64,000 nucleotides of DNA from an uncultured Planctomycetaceae bacterium (GCA_963833985.1 CAWIAD010000001.1:2688001-2752000), one strand, 5' to 3'. Positions 41,554 to 52,676 are shown, counted from the first letter of the stretch. Translations and numbers: made by a program. Notes: generated by a model not told the origin, from the sequence alone.

Positions 41554-41839
41554 GGTCCGGCTCCGTCGTGACGGGAGTCATAGTGCGAACAACAGCATTC
41601 TACCATCGCTTCGCTCCACCCGGGAGACGCACGGCGCACTCGCTCTCTTGCATCCCGCAACGCGGGCGGCCCCATATCTCCGTTACAAATCTGCCTCCGC
41701 CGGGCGTGAGGTACGCTCTCCCAACGCAGGCAGGTGGTGAGACTGTAAGCAGAAACGACTCAGAGTAGACACTGGGGGCCACCTACGCCTCGGGATCGCG
41801 GTGCGTGGGTGGCCCCGTCTGATCGCGTCTGATTGCCCT

Positions 41840-42202
41840 TTACGAGCAACGCTCGACACGGACATGAAGGTTGTCCGGGGCCGTATCGAAGTACCGGAAC
41901 AATGCGGGGCAGAGCCAACCTTGAGCCTTGGTCACCGATTCCTCATACCAGTTGCCGCCTCCCTCTTCCTTGACTCGCCTGGCGGTTAGCTGGTGGCCAG
42001 GGAACGGGATGGCAGAAAAAATCAGGCGAAAGCCCTTTTCAGCCTCCTCGATTGGGATACCTTGCTGTACCAGGAGGGCTTCCAGGATCTCGGGCACGCC
42101 TGCCACAAATGGTTCCCGCACAAGACCTGTCCGGTCGTCGTCGAAGACCCACAAGCCCTCCCATCTGTAGGGCTTCACGACCATGATGCTATTCTGATGC
42201 AT
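41840..42202 (-). CDS. DUF6717-like hypothetical protein
   Basis: PY...WVFDD...L.REPFVAG, FS..PFPG, GWLCPALF.YF. Confidence 0.75.
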   Translation of the reverse strand: MHQNSIMVVKPYRWEGLWVFDDDRTGLVREPFVAGVPEILEALLVQQGIPIEEAEKGFRLIFSAIPFPGHQLTARRVKEEGGGNWYEESVTKAQGWLCPALFRYFDTAPDNLHVRVERCS

Positions 42203-42449
42203 CGCTGGATCCGCCTGAAATCAGTACCTCGCCGTCAGGCGTCGTACCCAGTTACGACGGACCTGGACCCATTGTTGCCGCTCTCTCCGGCTGCCAGGTT
42301 GAGGGCTTATTGACCTCTTGAGACTTGTCCTATGTCCGCTGCCCTGTGAATACGTATGTCCTTCCAGAATCTTACGGGATGAGGATCGGACGGGGCCATC
42401 TACTCTCGCGCAGCGCAGGACGTGGCTGGCCCCATCTGTCGACTCTCGA

Positions 42450-44120
42450 TTAACGACGTCCGTGACGTCCCATCCGGCGAAACCCGTGCCGGACGATTCC
42501 CGCAGTGGTCAAGGTCGGCGATGGGGATGACGTGCTCGAGGGTGTCGATGCGGTGGTCGTCGATGACGAGGATGGGAAAGTGACCGGCGTGGTACCGGAG
42601 GCGGACGTGGCCGTGGAGGCGGGGACGGGGGCGGTGCTCTTCAGGTTGGTCATGTCCGTCTGGATGGCCGCCTTGTCGGCGGCGATCGTCGACAATTCGG
42701 TCGAGGTGATCTTCGAGTCAGTCATCGTCTGGGTCAGGTCAGTAAAAGTCTGGCTGATCGTGTTCGAGCTCACCGATGTTCCGTTGAAGAGCGCCGTGAA
42801 ATCGCTCTGGGCCTGCGTGGTGTCCGCGCCCGAGGCTACCGCCGTGGCCAGCTCGGAGATTGCCTTTGCCAGTGCTGTCTGGTCGACAGTCGTTCCGGTC
42901 TGGGCAATCGCCAGAGCGTCGGCATTCAGCTTGGTCAAATCGGCGGCCGTCACGCCCGAGGCGCTCGCCACGGTCTTGAGGTCGGTCTGGAGCTTCTGGG
43001 TATCCGTCTGAAGCTGCGTCGCGGCCGTGCTGGTGGTTGAGCTTGTGCTTTGGGGCAAGCCGCTCAAGCCGCCGGCACCTCCCGCACTCAGGACGTCGCC
43101 GCCGGCCAGCCCCACTCCTGTGCCCGAGAGGACACCCAGATCACCCAGGTTCTGAACGAACCCGCCGCCACCGGGCAGGCCCATCGGCGAGCTGGCCTCA
43201 AGTATCGTCTGGTCCTTCTGCACGGCCGCCTGATCGGCGGTGATACCGGAGAGCTGCGCCGAGGTGATCTTGGAATCGGTGATCGTCTGGGTCAGGTCAG
43301 TGAAGGCCTTGTCGACGGTCGTGGAGCTGACCGACGAGCCGCTGAAGAGGGCGGTGAAATCGGTCTGAGCCTGCGCGGTGCTGGCGCCGGAGGTGATGGC
43401 GGTGGCCAGTTCGGTCATCACCTTCTGGAGCGCAGTCGGGTCAATCTGAGCCCCGGCTTGCATGATGGCCTGGTCATCCGAAGTCAGCTTATTCCAGTCG
43501 GCAACCGTAACGCCCGATGACGTCGCGACAGCCTGGATGTCGGTCTGGAGCTTCTGCAAATCCGTCTGAAGCTGGGTCGCCTGAGAGCTGGATGCAGCCG
43601 TGTCCGGCGCCATTACCTGAGCACCACCTCCCGATGGGGCGCCAGTCACACCGATGGACGCCAGGCTGCCCATCAGGCTGCCGCCTCCGATTTCCGCCAT
43701 GCCGCCGACAGGGGCTCCCATGCCACTTGAAAGCGTCACCGGCCCTCCCATGCCGTCCGCGATACTGAGCGACCCTGCCATCCCTCCTGCGATCGCGACC
43801 GGCCCCCCCATTCCACCCGAGATTGCCTGCGACGCCCCGCCACCTGCGGGAGCAGTGACCTGTCCTCCCATTGCCCCCGAAAGTCCAAGCCCTCCGATGT
43901 CTGCGCCGCCTCCGAAGCCGCCGGAGCCACCCATCTCTCTGGCACGCATGAGGACTGGCATCGCACCGCCGATGCCGCCACCGAAACCAGACATCACCAC
44001 TCGGCCTTCAAGCTGCTCGCAGGTCCGTTCCGCCCGTAATGATCTCTTCTTGCGACGATTCCGGGCCGCTTCGCGTGCGTCGGAAAGCGGACCACTCAGG
44101 TCGAACAGGCGTGACGCCAT
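42450..44120 (-). CDS. Planctomycete extracellular protein with Gly/Met-rich region and two ~120-aa helical repeats
   Basis: CEQLEGRVVMS motif; internal repeat ATQLQTD...DFTALF...DSKITS. Confidence 0.8.
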   Translation of the reverse strand: MASRLFDLSGPLSDAREAARNRRKKRSLRAERTCEQLEGRVVMSGFGGGIGGAMPVLMRAREMGGSGGFGGGADIGGLGLSGAMGGQVTAPAGGGASQAISGGMGGPVAIAGGMAGSLSIADGMGGPVTLSSGMGAPVGGMAEIGGGSLMGSLASIGVTGAPSGGGAQVMAPDTAASSSQATQLQTDLQKLQTDIQAVATSSGVTVADWNKLTSDDQAIMQAGAQIDPTALQKVMTELATAITSGASTAQAQTDFTALFSGSSVSSTTVDKAFTDLTQTITDSKITSAQLSGITADQAAVQKDQTILEASSPMGLPGGGGFVQNLGDLGVLSGTGVGLAGGDVLSAGGAGGLSGLPQSTSSTTSTAATQLQTDTQKLQTDLKTVASASGVTAADLTKLNADALAIAQTGTTVDQTALAKAISELATAVASGADTTQAQSDFTALFNGTSVSSNTISQTFTDLTQTMTDSKITSTELSTIAADKAAIQTDMTNLKSTAPVPASTATSASGTTPVTFPSSSSTTTASTPSSTSSPSPTLTTAGIVRHGFRRMGRHGRR

Positions 44121-44612
44121 TGATTCCCCCCTTCCTTGAATCCACGTGCGGGACGTGTAGCGCCCAAATCCAGGATCTGAGCTTGGGCGGTCGAGGACTC
44201 CTTCCTCTTCCACCTAACGAACGGGAGACGGGCACGCCAAGCGCGCGCGGTTCAGGGGGAGAAAGAGCCTGAAATGGAAAAGGCCATCAATCCCACTATT
44301 TTCAAGGGTTTTCTCAAGAAAACGCCACCTTGAGTCGACGCGGCTCACGACCTGGGACGGCCCGAGCGGTTCGCACGCGGTGCCTGCCGAAATGCTCGGC
44401 CGGCGCGTCCCCAGCGCCGTCGCGGAATATCCCGGCCAGGGCAGCATCACACTGTCCGGTTCCTCTGCCGTTGCCGGCCCCGACCCGAACTGCGAGTCCT
44501 GATCAAATCGCAGCGCCACATCATCGCTGCGCCTGAAACCGAGGTCGCTGTGCGAGTGCTCGAGCTTGCCCGCAACGCGCGCCGTCGCGCGGGCGGAACG
44601 GAACTCATGCGC

Positions 44613-45294
44613 TCACACCCGCGCCAGGCTTTCGCCGTGGCGGGGGAGGGGGACGACCGCGGCGCGGAAGGGCTCGGCGGCGAGGCGGATCCGCACGTCC
44701 CAGCGACCCGTCTCATCGGCCGTGACGTGCCAGTGGGGGACGACGGCCGAGGACTGGTAAACGCCCTCGAAGCCTCCCTCGCTCTGGCTCACCGTCTCGA
44801 TGGGGTAGCACCAGAGACCCCCCGGACGCGACCAGGAGAGGCCCACCGCGAGGTCCAGCCACTCGTCCGTGAGCGACAGGCCCTCGGTGTGCGGCGCGTC
44901 GATACGCGCATCGAGCATTCCCAGCCGGGCGCCCTGCGTGTCGGAATAGTAGCGGTCCGTCGCATGCCCGGCCATGGCCGCCAGGTTGAGCTCAACGGCA
45001 AAGTGCAAGCAGACGCCGGGGGGCAGATCGAGAAGCTCGTAATGCACGTCCAGGGCCGGCGCTCCGGCAGCCAGAGCGATCGATTTCTTGATCCGGATGG
45101 CGTGGCCGGAGGCCATTCCCGGGCGCTCCATCGCCAGCAGCACGCGCCTGGAGTCGCGCTGGGCACGCGCCAGGTAAGTACCCGTGACAAAGTCTCCGCG
45201 CTCCACATCGCCACACGCCGCCAGGTCTTCCAGCGTCACGTCGACAGGGTAGAAGTGATCCACGAGCGCCTTGCGCGGATGGCGATCGTAGACA
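44613..45294 (-). pseudogene. Duplicate of the 3' end of the 4-alpha-glucanotransferase gene
   Basis: 44609..45294 matches 46762..47447 at about 99%; begins mid-gene. Confidence 0.95.
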
Positions 45295-45392
45295 CGCGGC
45301 GGCTATGAGGACATCCTCCGCGGTCGCGTTGCGGAGGCGACGGGCGATTCGAATGCAGATGATGACACGACCGCGCGCAATCACGCCACGCC

Positions 45393-45421
45393 TTGGCAAC
45401 GCCACCTCGCTGTGCTATTCT
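45393..45421 (+). promoter_or_regulatory. Sigma-70 promoter of the TA operon
   Basis: TTGGCA-N17-TATTCT with extended TG, followed by purine-rich RBS. Confidence 0.7.
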
Positions 45422-45445
45422 GAAAATCGAAGGAGATACCGGAGC

Positions 45446-45757
45446 ATGACGATTCGTTTACCCGACCATCTCCAACGATATGTCCACGACCAGGTCGAGG
45501 CGGGTCACTTCCGCAGCGAGGACGATGTGATCCTCGATGCCCTGGAGCGGCACCGTCAAGCTCAGCAGCAGCCCTCCCCGCCGGCCATTCGCCCCGACAA
45601 GCTCAGCAGCCAGGAGGTGCAACAACGCTTGTTCGACGCCGGCCTCATCAGCGAAATCAGGCCGCCGATCACCGACCTTGCCCTCTACCAAAACCGCCGG
45701 GCTATCCCCATCCAGGGTGAGCCCATCTCCGCAACCGCACTCCGCGAGCGGCGTTAA
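45446..45757 (+). CDS. Antitoxin with ParD-like RHH N-terminus
   Basis: MTIRLPDHLQRYVHDQVEAGHFRSEDDVILDAL; C-terminal GEPISATALRERR. Confidence 0.8.
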   Translation: MTIRLPDHLQRYVHDQVEAGHFRSEDDVILDALERHRQAQQQPSPPAIRPDKLSSQEVQQRLFDAGLISEIRPPITDLALYQNRRAIPIQGEPISATALRERR

Positions 45758-45759
45758 CG

Positions 45760-46209
45760 GTGCCGGAATTCTTTCTCGACACCAGCGCGGCCTTGAAGCG
45801 ATACGTCCTGGAACCCGGCACTCCTTGGGTACAGGCACTGGCCGCACCCGCGGCTGGTCATTCCCTCATCATCGTACGAATCACCCTGGCCGAGACCGCC
45901 GCCGCCATCACCCGGCGGGAGCGGGACGGCTCGATCACGCCCATGGACGCCGCGACCGCACTGGCCGACTTCCAGCTCGATTTCGCGCGCCAGTACTTCA
46001 TCATCGAGGTGTCTGCTCCCCTGGTAGACCAGGCCGCCACCCTGGTGAGAAAGCACGGGCTGCGGGGCTATGACGCCGTGCAGCTTGCAGCAGCCCTAGA
46101 AACGCAGGCTCGGCTCCCAACGCTGACGCTGCTTTCGTCCGACGTTGAGCTCAATGCCGCCGCGTTGGCCGAGGGCCTGGCCGTTGACGATCCCAGCAGC
46201 CATCCCTGA
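45760..46209 (+). CDS. vapC: VapC-family PIN domain toxin
   Basis: FLDTSAALKRY..E.G, LRGYDAVQLAAA, SSD..L..AA. Confidence 0.9.
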   Translation: MPEFFLDTSAALKRYVLEPGTPWVQALAAPAAGHSLIIVRITLAETAAAITRRERDGSITPMDAATALADFQLDFARQYFIIEVSAPLVDQAATLVRKHGLRGYDAVQLAAALETQARLPTLTLLSSDVELNAAALAEGLAVDDPSSHP

Positions 46210-46765
46210 TCGTCTGGTCGTGCATCGATCAGAGATCTAATTCCCGTGTTCTCTGGCAGTTTTTAGGAGGGCTGTGAACAAGGGACCGAGAAGGGCAAGG
46301 GCCGGGAACAGGCCGCACTTCCTGCGGCATACAAGCATACCAGGACGGACATAAATGGAACCTTGACCCGGGAGGTGGCCTACAACCCTTCCTCAGAGAT
46401 GAAGGTATCGTCGGCCTCCACCTCGCACTCAGCGAGGAACTCGCGATCAATGAAGTCGTCGCGGGGTCACGTTCGCTCAATCGACTGCTGGTCCCGGGTG
46501 CTATCCTTGCGGGAATTCAAGATATGGTCCCGATGAGACTTTGAATGTACCGGCCGGGATCGCTCGCTCTCTCGGGACTGCTCAATGAGCCTGTTCTGCG
46601 TCAGGCTTTAGTACGATGCGGATGGTGATTGGCTGCCTCTCGTTTGATCACGCACCGGTGAGCCTACCCGAATGGCCACATCCTGCCCGTGTCACTTCTC
46701 TCTCCCGGAGGAACAGGGCGTACCATGTGGTTCGCAAGGTCCCACACCGGATCAGAGAAGCGCGC

Positions 46766-48960
46766 TCACACCCGCGCGAGGCTTTCGCCGTGGCGGGGGA
46801 GGGGGACGACCGCGGCGCGGAAGGGCTCGGCGGCGAGGCGGATCCGCACGTCCCAGCGACCCGTCTCATCGGCTGTGACGTGCCAGTGGGGGACGACGGC
46901 CGAGGACTGGTAAACGCCCTCGAAGCCTCCCTCGCTCTGGCTCACCGTCTCGATGGGGTAGCACCAGAGACCCCCCGGACGCGACCAGGAGAGGCCCACC
47001 GCGAGGTCCAGCCACTCGTCCGTGAGCGACAGGCCCTCGGTGTGCGGCGCGTCGATGCGCGCATCGAGCATGCCCAGCCGGGCGCCCTGCGTGTCGGAAT
47101 AGTAGCGGTCCGTCGCATGCCCGGCCATGGCCGCCAGGTTGAGCTCAACGGCAAAGTGCAAGCAGACGCCGGGGGGCAGATCGAGAAGCTCGTAATGCAC
47201 GTCCAGGGCCGGCGCTCCGGCAGCCAGAGCGATCGATTTCTTGATCCGGATGGCGTGGCCGGAGGCCATTCCCGGGGCATCCATCGCCAGCAGCACGCGC
47301 CTGGAGTCGCGCTGGGCACGCGCCAGGTAAGTGCCCGTGACAAAGTCTCCGCGCTCCACATCGCCACACGCCGCCAGGTCTTCCAGCGTCACGTCGACAG
47401 GGTAGAAGTGATCCACGAGCGCCTTGCGCGGATGGCGATCGTAGACAAGCATCCGGTCCAGGCCCTCCTGCTTGAGGACGACGCGGTCGTGGATGCTCGC
47501 CGGCCCATTCGTCGCGGCGTGCTCGTCTTGCTTCGCGTGGATGGCCTCGGCGATGGCCCGGTGATAGGCCTCGGGCCGGCGGTCGAGCGTCGCCAGTACG
47601 TTGACGGCCGCCTGCCGCACATCCAGCTCGTAGAGATGCCCGCCCTGCGCAGGTCTGATGAAGGCGACCAGGTTCTCGTTCTCGAGCAGCACTTCCTGGC
47701 GGGCGTCCAGGTTGAAGTCGGCTGCCTCGAGCGAGACGTGCGGCGCGGCTTTTCCGCCGGCCTCATCCAGTGCATTGTGAGCGTTGATCAGGCTGCGATA
47801 GATCGCGTTGCGGAGATGCGGCAAGTAGAGCCCGCCGAAGGCGCCATGCCAGTACGGGCAGTTGCACTGCCCGCGGTAAAGCTCGCGGCGCGCGATTTCC
47901 AGGTAATCCGGATCGGCACCGTCGCGGGCCGAAACCTCCGCCAGCCGGCGCGAGACGCCGAGCATGCGGGCGTACATCTCGTCGCTCTCGGGGTAGCGCG
48001 CCTTGAAGTTCCGCCAGAACCCGCCGGCGCGGAAGAACGGCCTGAGCGGCTCGGCCAGCTCACTGGCGGCCACGCGGGCCTTCGTCTGCTCGTAGTCCTG
48101 ATGCAAGCCGGCGGGAAGCACCCACTCGGTCATCTCGCGGTAGGAGCCGTCCGGGATGTAGACCTTTCCCTGGGGAAGCGTCGAGTCCACAGCGCGCCGA
48201 GCGTCGTCACCTCCAGCCAGTCGCGATTGGCCACCAGCATGTCGCAGAAATGACGCAGCCAGCCGTGGGTGTAGACATGGTCAAACGTATCGGGCCAGGT
48301 GCCAAACTTCTCACCGTCGTCGGCGAAGACCACGGTGGCGCCCGGGCGGCGATCGGCCAGGCGGCGGAGGAACTCGTAGGTGGCGTGCGGCTCCTGGAAC
48401 GGCACGGTGTAGCGGAGGGTTTCCGAGCCTGGGAAAACCTTGAGCAGCCGGCCCTCGTCCTCGGTGAGGTAGTAGCCGAAGAGGTCGTCGCCGCGCACGG
48501 CGGATCGCTGGAAGTGGAAGTCGTCGAGGATGGTGAACTCGATGCCCGCCTCGGCGACGGCCGCCACCAGGTGCTGCTCCCAGACCCGCTCGGGAACCCA
48601 CATGCCGCGGACCTTCGTGGGGAAGAGCTGTTCCAGGTAAGCCGAATAGTCGCGGATCTGCCCCACGCGGTCGCGGTGCGGGATCATCGTCATGATCGGC
48701 TCGTAGAACCCGCCGCCGAGGATCTCGACCCTGCCCGCTTCCACCAGCCCGCGCACCAGTGCGATGTACTCGGGATGGTGCTCGACCAGCCATTCAAGAA
48801 GCGGACCGGAGGTGTGCAGCGAGAAGGGGATCTCCGGGTAGCTCCCGAGCACCTCCAGGAACGGCGCGTAACTTTCGCGATAGGCCGCCTCGAAGACGCC
48901 GTCGAAGTTGCCGACGGGCTGGTGGTTGTGGAGCGCGAGGATCAGGCGCACGGTGGACAT
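46766..48960 (-). CDS. GH57 alpha-amylase/4-alpha-glucanotransferase; frameshift near 48195
   Basis: HNHQPVGNF, GMWVPERVWE, DDGEKFG, YREMTEW, YWHGAFGGLY, SQSEGGFE..YQ. Confidence 0.9.
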
Positions 48961-49190
48961 AGAGACGCCTCATGTGAGCCCAGGGCCGCCCGATGCCACT
49001 GACGGTGCGCTCGGCCACGCCGATACCGGGAACGGGAGCCGGGTTGTCATGATGGATTATCGCCCAAGCCGACCGTGAACCCAAGCCCGCTTTGGCCAGC
49101 GCCCGTTCCGGGCGGGACGGTTGGTCGCTGAGCGTCGACCTTGCAGAGGACAGAAGCAGTAGGGAGCGGCCTTCCGCCTCACCCGCCGGT

Positions 49191-50270
49191 TCACGAGGCA
49201 TGAACGGGCGTGGCGGGCAGCCGGCTGGCGCCTCCGCGGTCGAACAGGGGCAGGGGCGGGAACGAGGCTCCCACCTCGACCTCCCGCAGGAAAGCGGCCG
49301 CATCCTCGGGGGGAACCGGGTTGATGTAAAAACCCGAGCCCCACTCGAAGCCCGCCACCTTGTTGAGCCGCGGGATCACCTCGATATGCCAGTGGTAGTG
49401 CGGCAGTTCCACATGGTCAAAGGGCGCGGTGTGAATGATGTAGTTGTACGAAGGCCGGTCGAGTGCCAGCTCCAGCTTGTTGAGCACCTGGTGCAGCACG
49501 TGCGCCAGGTCATCAACGCCCGGCTTGGGAATGTTCTCGAAGTGGCTGGCGTGGTTCCGTGGCAGGATCCAGGTCTCGAACGGGAAGCGGCTGGCAAACG
49601 GGCAAAACGCGGTGAAGTGCGTGGAATCAAAGACGATGCGCTTCTCGACGGCCAGCTCCTGCTGCACCATGTCGCAGAAGATACAGCGCCCGCGATAGTT
49701 GTAAAACTCGAGCGCGCCGGTCATCTCTTCCCAGACGGAAACCGGCACGATGGGCGTGACGATGAGCTGGCTGTGGCTGTGGTCGAGGCCGGCCCCGCCA
49801 CCCTCGCCGACGTTCTTGAACAGCATGCCGTGGACCAGGCGGGAGTCTTTCTTGAGGTCGACGAGCCGGTCGCGGTAGACCCAGAGCACCTCGCGGATAT
49901 TCTCCTCGCTCAGGGTCGCCATGCTGGTATGGTGGCGTGGGCTCTCGATGATCACCTCATGGGCGCCGATGCCGGCCATCATGTCGTAGATGCCGTCGCC
50001 GCGCTTGTTCAGGTTGCCTTCGATCTTCAAGGCTGGGAACCGGTTGGGGACCACGCGAATGCGCCAGCCGGGTCCATTGGGCCGGCTGCCGAACTCTCGG
50101 TAAGCGATGATCTCCGGCGGTGTCTTGTCTTCCTGGCCCTCGCAGAAGGGGCAGGCCCGGGGCTCGCCGGAGCTCTGGCCCTCGGCCTTGAAGTCGTACG
50201 GCCGCTTGGCGCGCTCGTTGGCGATGATCACCCACCGGCCCACGATCGGATCTTTTCTCAGCTCAGGCAT
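49191..50270 (-). CDS. galT: Galactose-1-phosphate uridylyltransferase family
   Basis: [33 protein letters not shown]. Confidence 0.93.
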   Translation of the reverse strand: MPELRKDPIVGRWVIIANERAKRPYDFKAEGQSSGEPRACPFCEGQEDKTPPEIIAYREFGSRPNGPGWRIRVVPNRFPALKIEGNLNKRGDGIYDMMAGIGAHEVIIESPRHHTSMATLSEENIREVLWVYRDRLVDLKKDSRLVHGMLFKNVGEGGGAGLDHSHSQLIVTPIVPVSVWEEMTGALEFYNYRGRCIFCDMVQQELAVEKRIVFDSTHFTAFCPFASRFPFETWILPRNHASHFENIPKPGVDDLAHVLHQVLNKLELALDRPSYNYIIHTAPFDHVELPHYHWHIEVIPRLNKVAGFEWGSGFYINPVPPEDAAAFLREVEVGASFPPLPLFDRGGASRLPATPVHAS

Positions 50271-50283
50271 CGATCTGGTCCTT

Positions 50284-52471
50284 TCACACCTGCCACATGA
50301 TCCGCTCGAAATCCGCGGACGGGACGGTGAGCTCGAAGATGCCCTCGCGAGGTGCTCGATCGAGGCTGGTCTCACCCTTCACGAGCTCGACGTAGAACCG
50401 GATGGAATCACCGGGCTGGCATTCCAGACGCGCGAAGGGGACAGCCAGCTCGAGAATCATGCCGGTCGCTACGGAGACCGTGGTACCGTTCACGAGCGGC
50501 TTGCCCGCGTGATTCAGATAGGCGACCGGATGCCGCAGAGCCGGCTGCACTACGACGATCTCGCGGTCGGGCGGATCGACGAAGCCGATGCGCAGCCGGT
50601 CCACGTCGATGAGCCGATCCGCGGCCGGGCCGCCCTCGGTATCCACGCGCACCAGGAAGCGCTCGGCGTCGAAACCGAACCAGACGGACTGGAGCAAGCC
50701 CCTGGTCACCAGCGTCATGGTCCCGCGATCGTTGCCGCAGTGATAGCGCGTGCCGTCGATCCACTCGAAGTAAGTGGCCCGCCCGTCAACCTTGACATTC
50801 AGGAAGCTGGTGGGCTGGTCGTTGATCGGCCGGTGGGCGCCGGCCTGCGAGATCGCCGTGAACAGGAACCCGGGCGGATCAGAGGCCAGCAGGCTGTAGA
50901 CGTTGCGCAGGTGCTTGCGGAAGAGGTGATCGAAGAGGCTGTCCTGGGCGCTGGAGTGATCGTCGCCGTACCACCAGAACCAGTCGGAGCCCTCGGCGAT
51001 GTAGATCTCTTCCCAGGCCCTGGCCAGGACCGCCGGATCATGGCGGCCGGAGCGTTCCTCGGCAACCAGGAACTGACGCGTGGTGTGGAGTGCGTCCCAG
51101 CCGCGGTTGTCTTCCGGATGGCCGATCCAGATGGCGAAGTTGTGGCTGATCCAGCTTCCGGCGAAGAGCCGCGGCAGGGTGTCGGCCGGCGGGTGTTCGC
51201 GGATGAACTCGCCTGCCTTCACCGGCAGGATCCGGGGGTCGCGCAGCGCCCTGGTAGAGCGAGCGAAGGAACGAGACGCCACCATCGGGATAGTATTCCC
51301 AGCAGTTCTCGCCGTCGAGAATCACCGAGACAAGCGTTGCCGGGTTGTGGCGGCAGGCGTCACCGATGGCGTGCAGCTTACCCAGGAAGTCCGCGGCAGC
51401 GTTCGGTCCGGGACTGCGCTGGTAGTGGAAGCCGACCTGGTCGGACATGGAGTGGTCGCGGAAGATGATCGACAGCTTGTCGTCGCCCTCGCGCAGGTTC
51501 CAGGCACGGTAGAGCAGGTCCGGATGGCGGACGTACCCGCGGCTGTCGCGGCCGACCTTGCCGCCGGTCGAGCAGCCGAGGATCTCCTCGTCGGTGGCAA
51601 TCCACTCGATGCCATGACGGGCGAGCAGGGGGATGAGCGACTGGCATACCGAGCCCTCGCTGGGCCACATACCGCGCGGGGCACTGCCGAAGCGGCGCAG
51701 ATGGCTCTCGACCGCCCTGCGGACGTGCACGTCGGCGTCCTCGGGGTAGCCATCGCGATACCCCGGCAAGGCCACGTCGGGCATCGCCTCACGCGCCAGC
51801 TTCTTGTCCAGGAGCAGGGGCAAGATGGGGTGGTAGTACGGTGTGGTGGTGAGCTCGACCTGCCCCCGCTCGGCCAGGCTGCGGTGCAGGGGGATCACCA
51901 TCGCCAGCAGGTCCCTCTGCTTGTCCAGCAGCCACTGCTTCTCCTCCTCGGTGTAATGCCGGCCCTTGTCCTTGAACTCGGCAAGTTCCTTGTCGCGCTC
52001 GAAGAGCAGTGGATGGATCCACGCCAGGTTCGACCAGACCTGGAGGTCGCGCAGGTCGCGCGGGCGGAACCGCTTGAGCGCCTGGTCCGCGGGCGTCGAC
52101 CACCACGAGCGCAGCATGTACAGCTCATGGTAGCGCGGGTGCGGCCGGATCATCGAGTCCGCGAACGCCATGAAGAAGTTATCGAGCAAATAGCAGGCAT
52201 CATCCTGCTCCAGGCCGTCCACGGGCCTGCGCGAGATCGTCAGGTGCTTGTCGGTGGCTCCCGCGACGTAGGCCTCGAGCTGGGTGAGCAGGCTGGGGAC
52301 CAGGTTGATGGTGCAGCGAAACTCCGGCACTTCCTGGATGTGCAACGCCATGCCAAGATAGTCCTTGGTGGCGTGCAGCCGGACCCAGGGCATCGGGTTC
52401 TCGCCGGCGAGGTCATCGGGATAATAAGGCTGATGCTGATGCCACATGAGGGCAAGAGATACCGCTGCCAT
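50284..52471 (-). CDS. GH57 glycoside hydrolase (amylopullulanase-like); frameshift near 51250
   Basis: [41 protein letters not shown]. Confidence 0.9.
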
Positions 52472-52676
52472 CGCTCGTCCTTGGCCTGAGAAGGGGGCAT
52501 TCAAGCAAGGCAAGTCCCCGACTCGATATATGCTCGGAACATCGAGCGGCCAACTTAAGAGCTTCTCTGGCTGGCGCAAGGGGTGCGCCTGTGCCGCGAT
52601 GGATTGCGCGGGCGGGGTCTGAACAGAACGGACGAAATCCCTCGGACAGCCGCCGGGAAGCAGCAATGGGCAGCAC

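Larger units (their letters stand above)
40141..41674. repeat. Tandem duplication with 785-bp period carrying Uma2 plus promoter
   Basis: 40141..40889 matches 40926..41674. Confidence 0.95.

Noticed and set aside
46229..46560. Small ORF or RAYT transposase remnant in the TA unit
   Set aside because: Only vague similarity and no HUH motif; cannot be supported without a search
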